From the NCBI RefSeq assembly GCF_001194135.2, contig NC_068986.1:65061667-65094263 (forward strand): a stretch of DNA of 32,597 bases, written 5' to 3'. Below are positions 22,501 to 32,597 of this stretch, in pieces. Each line of letters starts with the position of its first letter. Within the stretch, counting starts at the first letter, position 1. The notes under the pieces were generated by a model. The model was not told where the DNA came from. It did not search any database and saw only the letters and a list, made by a program, of their open reading frames with translations. A program made the translations under genes and the position numbers. The stretch is from Octopus bimaculoides (taxonomy: Eukaryota).

Positions 22501-22688
22501 ATGTTTTTCTTAACATTTGCACACATATAATATACATATATATACACACAGACGCACACATATATATATCTTATGCATATATATATATGCACATAAGTGT
22601 GTGTGAGTATATGTGTAATGCAACAGTTCTTAGTCATATGCCTAACCTGTCTGCAAATCTTAAAATGAATTTTATTCGACGACAGAAC

Positions 22689-22692
<4 letters not shown>

Positions 22693-22743
<51 letters not shown>

Positions 22744-22756
22744 GTTTGTCTATCTA

Positions 22757-22795
<39 letters not shown>

Positions 22796-22797
22796 AT
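22693..22797. repeat. (TCTA)n/(TCTG)n microsatellite
   Basis: Direct reading. Confidence 0.96.
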
Positions 22798-23404
22798 CAT
22801 CAATATGGAGATGCACAGATGACACATATAACATAAATATATATGCATACACACATACATTTATAAGTGTCTAAGAGTATTATGCGTGAGCATATATGCG
22901 TATGTAATAATCGATATACATATGCAGCTGTCGTTTACACAGTGCAAGGGATGTCGGGTTGACGCAGACCATTATGTTATGTGTCCTCAGTGAACAGGTT
23001 TGCATTGAACTAAAGATCTGACTGAAACAGAGAAGACAGATGAGTACTTTCAGGTATTAAATATAAATATATATAGTGTGTATATTGTATTGTGTATGCA
23101 CAAATATACACTGACACGCATACTACACACACACACACACACAAACACACACATACACACAAATAGATAGATATAGACAGCAAGAGAGCTAGCTAGCTAG
23201 CTAGATAGATGATAGATAAACAGATTGATAGATAGATAGTCAGATATAGATGTATATATATATATATTTGTGTGTCCAATATAGCAGTGTATAAGTCTGC
23301 ATGATTTAGACGGGTGTAAAGCTGACGGATGAGTCAGCAGCTTGTACAGTACTGCTTCCTCCCATGGTAAAAATATAGATGGAGTGACGTTGGCTGTCCG
23401 TATC

Positions 23405-23448
23405 TGAGTATGTGTGTATTTGTGTATGTGTGTGTGCCTTTGTGTGCA

Positions 23449-23488
<40 letters not shown>

Positions 23489-23500
23489 CGTGTGCGTGTG
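23405..23500. repeat. (TG)n-rich microsatellite
   Basis: Direct reading. Confidence 0.95.
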
Positions 23501-23949
23501 TTCTGAGGAAAGATGGATAAATGAGTCTTCTATTTCGGGTAGGTTTGTCACAAGTAGCCACAGGAAAAACCTTTAATGTTTTAAGTGGAGGTTGGAGACG
23601 GTTATAATATCGCAATATGTCATGTCAATACTTGCAAGAGTGCAATGCACGGGTCGAAGGTCGTTTATATCTATGGCCTTTACAAAAAAAGAAAGAATTA
23701 TGAAGATATACGCATACACACGTAAACACAAATATATACACATATACATACGTACACACACACACGCACACACACATATACACATACTTAAGTGTATATA
23801 TATAAGTGTATGCGTGTATATGCATATATATATATATATACATATTAATATATACACACATATATTCGTACACATATGTTTGTATGCATGCATGTATATG
23901 TGTGTGTATGTATGTATGTATGTATGTACAAGTACCCACAGTTTTGGAG

Positions 23950-24053
23950 TACCAAATTCACTTACAAAGACATTGATCGACCCGGGATTATAGAAGACAC
24001 TTGGCCGAGGTACTGAGCACTGAGACCGAATCAGAAACCACGCGGTTGCAACA
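23950..24053 (-). mobile_element. Degenerate SINE family A head fragment
   Basis: CGACCCG.G..TA.AGAAGACACTT..C.AGGT.C...A.CA.G.GGTTG aligns with 1960-2035. Confidence 0.7.
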
Positions 24054-24394
24054 TGTGTGTGTTTATGCACGCGCGCGCGTACGGGTGTATGTGTGTACAT
24101 ATATGCGAATGCATAAGGGTGACGTAAACATGCATGCACACACGCATATACATTTATGAAGACAAATATATATACATTCATGCACACATATGAATATACA
24201 ACATTTTTTTGCGTTCATCATCTTTGATCGTATTCACCAGTGGTTGGTGTACGACATTGCTGATGTCTGACGTTTTACGACAATCCCAGTATTTTTTCCG
24301 GTTCCTTTTTATCATTCTTAGTAAGATATCAAATATAAAGTGAGCATGCAGTTCTGTCGCATATTTATACCTCAAGGTATTTCTTGCTTGAATG

Positions 24395-24570
24395 CAAAGG
24401 AAAAAACGTATGGAGAAAATACAAAAAATTCAACTAAACATTTTGATGTCGGGTACACAGTCTATTTCAAAGTATACAAGAGCGGTAAAGAGAGTTAACA
24501 GGATGGTGTAGCGACTAAAAGAATTGGAAATCTGATGTATTTAATAAAAGGCCAACTATAGGAACATAAA
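24395..24570 (+). mobile_element. Second Gypsy fragment (integrase C-terminus), inverted relative to the main element; runs into a gap
   Basis: Aligns with the reverse complement of ~20241-20410 (CATTTTGATGTCGG, TTTCAAAGTATACAAGA.CGGTAAAGAGAGTT, AAAAGGCCAAC..GGAACATAAA), at roughly 80-85% identity by eye. Confidence 0.85.
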
Positions 24571-25042
24571 NNNNNNNNNNNNNNNNNNNNNNNNNNNNNN
24601 NNNNNNNNNNNNNNNNNNNNNNNNNNNNNNNNNNNNNNNNNNNNNNNNNNNNNNNNNNNNNNNNNNNNNNNNNNNNNNNNNNNNNNNNNNNNNNNNNNNN
24701 NNNNNNNNNNNNNNNNNNNNNNNNNNNNNNNNNNNNNNNNNNNNNNNNNNNNNNNNNNNNNNNNNNNNNNNNNNNNNNNNNNNNNNNNNNNNNNNNNNNN
24801 NNNNNNNNNNNNNNNNNNNNNNNNNNNNNNNNNNNNNNNNNNNNNNNNNNNNNNNNNNNNNNNNNNNNNNNNNNNNNNNNNNNNNNNNNNNNNNNNNNNN
24901 NNNNNNNNNNNNNNNNNNNNNNNNNNNNNNNNNNNNNNNNNNNNNNNNNNNNNNNNNNNNNNNNNNNNNNNNNNNNNNNNNNNNNNNNNNNNNNNNNNNN
25001 NNNNNNNNNNNNNNNNNNNNNNNNNNNNNNNNNNNNNNNNNN
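24571..25042. other. Assembly gap
   Basis: Ns. Confidence 1.
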
Positions 25043-25153
<111 letters not shown>

Positions 25154-25245
25154 GTAGTGCATGTACGTATGTAAGTACGTATACATATATATATATCTAT
25201 ATATATGTATGTATGCATGTATGTATGTATGTATGTATGTATGTA

Positions 25246-25640
25246 TTGTGTCATCCCATAAATAATGCGGGCTTTTCAATTTCATGAACCAAAAAGTCGA
25301 AGGGGGACAGGATAATCTACCTGCATCAACTTGCTACAAAAGCAAACCCTAATGGAACAAAATCCCATCGTGACTATTCAGGAACTAGCAGAGAAGCTTG
25401 GGTTTAGTCATTTAACCATTCATAGACACCTGCGTGGCATCGGAAAATCAGCAGATTAGGTCAATAGGTTCCTCACAAACTTTCCGAGTCTAATCACGTG
25501 CATTAGAATGTGTGCTCTTTGCTGTCACGTCTCACGGATGAACCTTTTTTGGACCGAATGATGATGAGAAATGCTGGACTGATAATGAGAAATGCATTCT
25601 CTGTAAAAATGTCAAGCGCCGAAGACAATGGGATGGGGAA
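25246..25640 (+). mobile_element. Internally deleted 5' part of the same mariner family as 17298-18555
   Basis: TA plus TIR TTGTGTCATCCCATAAATAATGC, then a subterminal match to 18445-18532, a deletion at ~25344, and EQNPIVTIQELAEKLG..TIHRHLRGIG..FLDR..KNVKRRRQW. Confidence 0.88.
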
Positions 25641-25696
25641 AGGCTTTGGTCGACGCAGTGTGCCATTAGGAAGCAAACTTCTTACCACACAGGCAT
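25641..25696 (-). mobile_element. Collapsed SINE family A head fragment truncating the mariner
   Basis: AGGCTTTGGTCGAC..GCAGTG..AAGCAA..TTCTTACCACACAG matches blocks in 1950-2060. Confidence 0.6.
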
Positions 25697-25737
25697 GGGC
25701 GCGTGCACATATACACATAGATATATATTATTTATAT

Positions 25738-25770
<33 letters not shown>

Positions 25771-25913
25771 AATCCAAGGCTGTGAAAGATTTCAGAACAT
25801 TGATAAAAAGAAGGTCTTATCGCTATTTCCGGGATATTTTATATATCCCTTCATTGGAGACAGTGTGAGAACATGGTTAAGCAATAGTTATTCTAGATAA
25901 GATATATATATAG

Positions 25914-26109
25914 TGGGGGAAGAATTCACAAAAAAAACCCCCAAAAGACGAAGACAGGTGGTGCAGACAATAAACACATGTATAAATTTAACGCTCGGGA
26001 AGTGAAAACGTCTTTAACGTTTCGAGCCTACGCTCTTCCACAGAAAGGAACACAGAAAGAAACAAGGAGAGAAAATAAAGAATGTGTAGTGGCTAGCGAT
26101 CTATCATAG
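25914..26109 (-). mobile_element. Penelope-like terminal repeat family P, copy 3
   Basis: Aligns with 3359-3563, including the terminal GCGATCTATCAT.GCG. Confidence 0.7.
26012..26047 (-). ncRNA. Hammerhead-like motif, CUGUGGAA core variant, GUU triplet
   Basis: Minus strand reads CTTT-CTGTGGAA-GAGC-GTAG-GCTC-GAAAC-GTT-AAAG. Confidence 0.45.
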
Positions 26110-26536
26110 CGAATGCCGGACAGAGGGGTCACACAGGAGATCTAGGAAGAAGGGGACTAATAAAGTATTGGTGATCCCAAAACGAAGGTGCGTGGCGTGT
26201 GTATAAGAGAGCATGTATGTGCATGTGGAAGAGGCCTGGTGAACTTGACGTGTACGTGTGTGCATGTGTAGGTGTGTGGATGATGTGTGTGGATGATGAT
26301 GGGAGATGGTCAGTGCTAGTGTGTGCGTGGTGGTGTGATGTGATGTGGTATTGTGTGGTATGGTGGTGTATGGTGTGGTATGGTGGTGAATGGTGTGGTA
26401 GTTAATATATAAACACAATGATATTCTCATTAGATAAGAATTTAGAGATATATTCGTTGGATAATTCTGAATATATTACCTTAACCATATAGGTTTCCCT
26501 GAATATATAATATAAACAATAATAATAAGAATAATT

Positions 26537-27094
26537 NNNNNNNNNNNNNNNNNNNNNNNNNNNNNNNNNNNNNNNNNNNNNNNNNNNNNNNNNNNNNNNN
26601 NNNNNNNNNNNNNNNNNNNNNNNNNNNNNNNNNNNNNNNNNNNNNNNNNNNNNNNNNNNNNNNNNNNNNNNNNNNNNNNNNNNNNNNNNNNNNNNNNNNN
26701 NNNNNNNNNNNNNNNNNNNNNNNNNNNNNNNNNNNNNNNNNNNNNNNNNNNNNNNNNNNNNNNNNNNNNNNNNNNNNNNNNNNNNNNNNNNNNNNNNNNN
26801 NNNNNNNNNNNNNNNNNNNNNNNNNNNNNNNNNNNNNNNNNNNNNNNNNNNNNNNNNNNNNNNNNNNNNNNNNNNNNNNNNNNNNNNNNNNNNNNNNNNN
26901 NNNNNNNNNNNNNNNNNNNNNNNNNNNNNNNNNNNNNNNNNNNNNNNNNNNNNNNNNNNNNNNNNNNNNNNNNNNNNNNNNNNNNNNNNNNNNNNNNNNN
27001 NNNNNNNNNNNNNNNNNNNNNNNNNNNNNNNNNNNNNNNNNNNNNNNNNNNNNNNNNNNNNNNNNNNNNNNNNNNNNNNNNNNNNNNNNNNNNN
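26537..27094. other. Assembly gap
   Basis: Ns. Confidence 1.
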
Positions 27095-27119
27095 AGTTAC
27101 GGATTGAACGTTGCAAAGG

Positions 27120-27730
27120 TAGAGATAGATTAGAAAATAAAAGATGAAGTTAAAGAAAAACTGAAAGGAGTAAAACAGAATTTAATGGAAGAATGACTAA
27201 ATATAATTTAACGAATGAAGGACTAAGTAGATGAATAAAGAATCAAAATGAATTTAGATGGGAAACAGAATTGAATGAATGAAGAAACTCATTGATGCAT
27301 GAAGGAACGATTGAACGAGCTAAGTTAATTGTTTAATTAAGTAACTAATGAAAGAAGTTTGAAGATGAATGAATAATATAGGGTATTAATTAACAAATAA
27401 ACTAATGAATTATTTGATTAATTATTATTTGATTAATTTATTAATTGACGAATGAATAAAAGTGTATGAAAATAAATGAAAATAATGAAATTAACAGGTA
27501 CGAATGAATGATGAAGGAGAGTAAAGAGAACGAATTTGAATGAGAATGTCAAATATGTTATGTAAACAGCAATAATTTAATTGAATGAGAAAACTATGAA
27601 GAGATAAATATGAATGAAAAATCAAAGCGGAAGCAATAAATGAAGTTGAGTCTATCAAGAAGAAAGAAAACAGAAATTGCAGGTGAAAGATAATGGATGT
27701 GTATGAGAATGAAGAATGAAGGTTGAAATA
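27120..27730. repeat. Purine-skewed low-complexity tract rich in ATGAA/GAAT motifs
   Basis: Very few C on the plus strand and recurrent AATGAA, with no exact period. Confidence 0.6.
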
Positions 27731-28145
27731 CAACCACGAACAAAGTGATTATTGTTTTTAGGACAGTTCTGTTTGAGCAGGAGCTCTGTGATCAAATTGT
27801 TCCAGCAAAAATCAATTCTATATTCCTTTTGCTTTTGTCTCGAAATATAGACTAACCAAGTCCAAGTTGATATCGGTTGATTTGAAGGCGATTAATTTTC
27901 TATACTAATATGTCGAATAAAGACTCCCTCGTAAACTCCAAACAAATGAACAAACTAACAAATTGTTTTCGTCGTTCTTAAGTTTCAACCACAGATCCTC
28001 TCAAACGAAGGTTTATATTTTTATTCTCGACTTTAGATCCACACTATACTACACTTCGTTTTTAGACGGTTTCGGTAGTGAATTAATTTTTGGACTCAGG
28101 GCATAGAAAGCTGCTATGAGTGCCACAAGACACTCTGGACCTTTG

Positions 28146-28990
28146 TGGTTTTCGTCACTGTTTACAATTTTGTTCCAATTGTTTTCAAATTTGGTATATG
28201 GATTAAGTTTTGTATGCTAATTATGAAGAGGGAATTCATTTTTCGAATCTTATCTATAAAAGGCAGATTTTCTCTGTGTGTGTGTGCGTGCGTGTGTGTG
28301 TGTATGTGTGTATGTTTAAAATTCATGCATTTGCACAATTCCAAATTTCTTAGATTAAAGAATCGGAATTAATATTCTAAATACAATAAGTTAGGTCACA
28401 GCGTCAATTTTTCAGTCAAAATAACTCCTAATTACGAATAAAATCCATAAAATTACACAAATTAACATTTTCCCCACCTAATAAAATCTAATTTCCTCTT
28501 TCTACTACCTTTACAAATCCTCTCAACTCCTACTTTCTCTTATGAACCTTCACGAACGATCCAACAACAAATACAAAAAGAAAGGAAGGAGAAACACTGA
28601 CAGTAAAAGAAAACTATTTCAGTATCAAAACTGAAACAATCACATTTCGATACTATAATGACAGATACTTTCACTTTAATGGTTTCAAAATTTGCAAAAT
28701 TTAGGTATTTTAGCCAATCAGAAGCGAGTATTTTTCACATCACCGTGGCGAAAAGCTGTGTTTCCATAGTAACCAAAAGTGTTGCGCATGCGTACAATGA
28801 AGAAAAGGAGATAGAAAGATAATCTTCTACCATAATAATACTTTTATGTTTTTCTCCGACACAACATATGAATGCGAAAGGAAGGTGTGAGAGATGAATG
28901 AGGAAGGAAGGGGTGATGTCGAACTGGTAGTGGAAGCGTTTGAACTCTGTGTGAGTATATGCGTGTGTATGTAAAAGGGAGGTATGTGAA

Positions 28991-29029
<39 letters not shown>

Positions 29030-29490
29030 AATGGAAGTGGGATGGTGAAAATTCAACGCTGAAAAGAAAAATCAATCAGCGTTTCAACTCTGTGTGAGTA
29101 TGTGTGTAAGTATGTGCGTGTACAAGGATAATATGTGAATGTTTGTATATGTGAAAGATTTTAAGTATTTGATTTGCTCGCAAATGTTTTAATGTTAACC
29201 TCATTCGTGTATATTTCAATGTTTTGACCGTTATTTCTAGCAATGTTTTAACCGGTATTTCTAGCAATGTTTTGACAAGCCGTTGCCCCCACCTCCGATG
29301 ACAGAAAAAGGCAGCGAACGCGCTGTTTTTTGATTGGTTGAAAATTCTGAAAATTATCAAACTTTGAACGCGTGTCGCAAAATTTTTCTGGAATAAATGA
29401 ATAACAAATTCTGAATCAGCGTCAAAAATTACATCTATATGATACATTATAAAGTTTTTTAAAGATAATTGTAAACAGTGACAAAAACCA
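28146..29490. mobile_element. Possible non-autonomous DNA transposon delimited by 24-bp inverted repeats
   Basis: TGGTTTTCGTCACTGTTTACAATT (28146-28169) versus AATTGTAAACAGTGACAAAAACCA (29467-29490), 23/24 match. A second looser inverted pair lies at 28686-28720/29331-29366. No TSD and no transposase were identified. Confidence 0.4.
28712..28794. promoter_or_regulatory. Cluster of promoter-type motifs: CCAAT box, RFX X-box, NRF-1-like site
   Basis: AGCCAATCAG (28712-28721); GTTTCCATAGTAAC (28760-28773), which fits GTHNYY-AT-RRNAAC exactly; TGCGCATGCGTA (28783-28794), 11/12 to TGCGCATGCGCA. These are motif matches only. Confidence 0.3.
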
Positions 29491-30139
29491 TAGAGATCTA
29501 GCTACGTTCTATCGACTCAGCCATAGTGTTAACATATCTAATCGAAAAAGCATTAGATAGCATAAGTAAAAATAATTATGTGAATAAAAGTATGACAGTG
29601 ACTAAAATTGTTTTAATTTTTTCCGATCAACGCTATTCTTCTTTGACTATTTGATTCAATGTATCATTCCACAAATGAAAATTGCTGAGTGTGGTTTGGT
29701 AAAGATTTGGTTGCCATATCTCGCAGATCAAACTCTTTTGCTAAACACACTGCTGAAAATAATATGTTGGTGGTGTATGAGAATCATGATAAAAAGAAAT
29801 GAATTAAGGTGCAGATGAAGAGAGAGATAAGATACGATCTAAATATTAAATAAATAATAATGAAAATATAACATCAAAACGAAACAGAAAAGCATTAAAA
29901 TTAAAATAAGATGAGGGAAGATATATAGTATTAGAGGTAATGATAGGGTGGCGCAGTTCGCGCTCATGTTTTTGTTGACGATAATTGCGTTCTGTTTTAT
30001 TGTTGGTAATGAGTATAGTGACCATCCTAATGTTAATGGTGAATATGGCTTGGTAGTGGCAGTGATTATGATGACGACGACGACGACGACTTCCGTTGCT
30101 GTTGTAATAGTTATCATGACGATGATGACAACGACAGTG

Positions 30140-30372
30140 GTGGAGAGGACGATGGCAGAATCGTTAGCACGCCGGGCGAAATGCTGAGCGATATTTCGTC
30201 TGCCGTTACGTTCTGAGTTCAAATTCTGCCGAGGTCGACTTTGCCTTTCATCCTTTCGGGGTCGAGTAAATAAGCACCATTTACGCACTGGAGTCGATGT
30301 AATCGACTTAATCTCTTTGCCTGTCCTTGTTTGTCCCATCTACGTTTAGCCCCTTGTGGGCAATAAAGAAGT
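30140..30372 (+). mobile_element. tRNA-derived SINE family B with a Meta-like central domain, copy 1
   Basis: A-box-like TGGCAGAATCGTT (30153-30165), B-box-like GAGTTCAAATTC (30215-30226), central GCCTTTCATCCTTTCGGGGTCG..AAATAAG.ACC resembling the MetaSINE core, and a 3' AATAAA with a (TTA) tail. Confidence 0.85.
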
Positions 30373-30393
30373 AAAATTATTATTATTAAATAT

Positions 30394-30584
30394 CATCAAA
30401 ATGACACTAGGGTACAAATATACGAATCCCAATATAACCAAAATGACTACCAGTCTGATAATGGTACACCAGGTACAAACATCACATCGATATGTGATAT
30501 GGTGATCTCATATCAAGATAAGCAGCACATGACATTCCAAGTGGGGCCCAGTTATAATTTTCTGCACGTCGAGTAGCCCATCCC
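30394..30584 (-). repeat. Dispersed repeat, inverted copy of 2468-2660
   Basis: By-eye alignment as described for 2468-2660. Confidence 0.85.
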
Positions 30585-31041
30585 GCTCAAATGGTTTCTG
30601 AATAAGATTTGTTTATGGATGAAGAACAAAACACCCATGTTTCCAGAGGTGTATTATTCAAACCCCAAAGAATTCCTCTTAACACATGGCTATGATGCTC
30701 CCTCTACTACTTCTGCTCGTAATCAGAGATGCACGTGTCATCAGTCACTAAGGGACAGGCTCAACTGGTTAAGGTCAAGCAACTGACAAGCGAATCTGTG
30801 GTATTGAGCAGAATATTTGCTGTAGCCCATCTTTTATACCAAGACAAAACAATGTACATGATAACACTTCCAGTCAGTTAAGATCAGAAGCCATGAGAGC
30901 CACTGCCTGGTACTGCAGCAGGGCATTATTATTATTATTTTCTCTTTTTCACAGGTTTTGTTGGAGCTTCTGGAGCCTTGCATGCGCAGTGGGCTTACTA
31001 CCAGGTGCCTACAGTACCGTGCTAATCTTTCATTTCATGTT

Positions 31042-31074
<33 letters not shown>

Positions 31075-31121
31075 GTTGTTGTTGCTGTTGTTGTTGTTGC
31101 TGTTGTTGTTGTTGTTGTTGC

Positions 31122-31215
<94 letters not shown>

Positions 31216-31229
31216 GTTGTTGTTGTTCA
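31042..31229. repeat. Compound trinucleotide array (CAT)n-(GTT/GCT)n-(TTA)n-(GTT)n
   Basis: Direct reading. It lies at the 3' side of the adjacent Dong-like copy, across a 32-N gap. Confidence 0.97.
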
Positions 31230-31230
31230 G

Positions 31231-31262
31231 NNNNNNNNNNNNNNNNNNNNNNNNNNNNNNNN
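31231..31262. other. Assembly gap
   Basis: Ns. Confidence 1.
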
Positions 31263-31535
31263 CACTTCACTACCGAGCGCAGCTGTGCGCCTTAGGTATG
31301 TGCTGTGGTTTGCTGTGGTGCTCTTATGTTTATTGTATTGAAAGTGTTTTGCGTAGAATGTGTGCAGTACCCAGTAGTGCAATTTTCTGTATGTTATATA
31401 TATTTGTAAGTCCTGGTGTTTTTGTTATGTATTTGTCTGAATATTTTTTTATTATACCTAAGGCACCTACTATGATAGGAATTGTTCCTGTTTTTAGATT
31501 CCACATTCGAGTTACCTCTATTTCCAGGTCTTTGT
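31263..31535 (-). mobile_element. R4/Dong-like 3' fragment, copy 2
   Basis: Reads YKDLEIEVTRMWNLKTGTIPIIVGALG..GTAHILRKTLSIQ*. Differs from 4992-5267 by about 8 substitutions and one 2-bp indel by eye. A (TTA)n array follows at ~31555-31600. Confidence 0.9.
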
Positions 31536-31553
31536 AATGTTGTATTTGTATAG

Positions 31554-31593
<40 letters not shown>

Positions 31594-31610
31594 CATTATT
31601 ATCATCATCA

Positions 31611-31826
31611 AGGCGGTGAGCTGGCAGAATCGTTAGCATACCGGGAAAATGCTTAACGACATTTTGTCGGTCTTTACGTTCTGAGTTCAAATTCCGCCGA
31701 GGTCGACTTTGCCTTTCATCCTTTCGGAATTGATAAATTAAGTACCTGTCATGAACTGAGGTCGATGTTATCGATTTGTGCTCTCCTCCAAAATTTCGGG
31801 CCTTGTGCCTTCAGTAGAAAGGATTA
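31611..31826 (+). mobile_element. SINE family B, copy 2 (different 3' tail)
   Basis: Shares head and Meta-like core with 30140-30310 (GGCAGAATCGTTAGCA, GTTCTGAGTTCAAATTC.GCCGAGGTCGACTTTGCCTTTCATCCTTTCGG) and diverges after TCGATGT.ATCGA. Confidence 0.85.
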
Positions 31827-31904
31827 TTGCGATTATTATGGTTATAATTAAGATGATGATAATGATGATGATGATGATGATGATGATGTTGATGATGATA
31901 GCGT

Positions 31905-32597
31905 TTCGATCTTCTGTGATGTGATCTTTGCAGTGTGGGGTTGCGCATTGTCCTGATGAAACATCACTCCTTTTCGATTCACTAAAGCTTGGTTCAAACA
32001 CTCTAATTGCTGACAGTAAACTTGAGCATTGATTGTTGCATTAAGTAGTAATAAATCAAAGTGAATTACTTTTTTGCAATCCCACCAGATAGAGAGAAGT
32101 TCCCTTCTCAGTTGTGGTTGAGCCTTTTCCCTTTTACCAAGTCACTGTTTACGACGTTTAACATTTCGATAGAAGATCCATTTTTCGTCACCAGTCACAA
32201 GTCTATCCAAAAAGGGTGAAATGAGTTCGCGAGAATGGAGAAAAGAGCAGATGTCAACTCGAGATTTGCGGTTGCTTTCGGACAATTCATGAGGCACCCA
32301 TTTTCCAAGTTTAGGAACCTTTCCAAGTTGTTGAAGATGACGATGAACAGTTGTATAGTTTGAACTAAGTTTTATTGCCAATTCTTCAACTGATAATGCA
32401 GGATTTTCTTCAAATAAAACCTCAAGGAGCATATAATCAAACTCAACTGGACATCCTTTTTGATCTTCATCTTCAAGGTTGATATCTCCACTTCTGAATT
32501 TTGCAAACCATCTTCTGCAAGTTCTTTCATTCAAGCATTCTTTCCCATAAACAGAGTGTATGTTTTGAGTCGCTTCGGCTGCAGTTTCCTTTTTTGT
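31905..32597 (-). mobile_element. Mariner (DD34D-type) transposase relic, related to but distinct from 17298-18555; continues past the window end
   Basis: ORF 32534-32142 reads RRWFAKFRSGDINLED..VEELAIKL..HRHLQQLGKVPKLGKWVPHEL..FLDRLVTGDEKWIFY, followed downstream by LSIWWDCK..YCQQLECL..VMFHQDNAQPHTAKIT. Confidence 0.92.

Larger units (their letters stand above)
19695..22505 (-). mobile_element. 5'-truncated Ty3/Gypsy LTR retrotransposon (K02A2.6-like pol) with 3' LTR
   Basis: Domain order on the minus strand is PR-RT-RH-IN, followed by PPT and LTR. No gag or 5' LTR is present in the window. Confidence 0.93.

Noticed and set aside
30153-30226. tRNA gene
   Set aside because: A and B boxes are present but there is no cloverleaf, and the sequence continues into a SINE core and tail.
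30893-31537. 214-aa ORF with poly-S/poly-L, and a poly-I/V ORF
   Set aside because: Read-through of a trinucleotide array, a gap and the antisense strand of the Dong-like fragment.

Overview
AT-rich eukaryotic genomic DNA with five assembly gaps (4330-4966, 7505-7592, 24571-25042, 26537-27094, 31231-31262). It is saturated with di-, tri- and tetranucleotide microsatellites and decayed transposable elements. The repeat types recall coleoid cephalopod (Octopus) assemblies, but this is recognition, not a database result. No host protein-coding gene could be supported: nearly all listed ORFs are N-runs, microsatellite read-through or TE pseudogene fragments. Identifiable elements are R4/Dong-like RLE non-LTR retrotransposon fragments next to (TAA)n arrays, a second RLE family, a CR1-like 3' fragment, a 5'-truncated Ty3/Gypsy with intact PPT and 3' LTR, a full-length dead mariner with TIRs and TA TSD plus two partial mariners, a DD37D/maT-like transposase relic, and two tRNA-derived SINE families. 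The most unusual signal is a set of minimal type-I hammerhead-ribozyme-like motifs in Penelope-like terminal repeats: three copies with a variant CUGUNGAA core, one with a compensatory U3-A8 core, and canonical CUGAUGA cores at both ends of a 386-bp fold-back palindrome.
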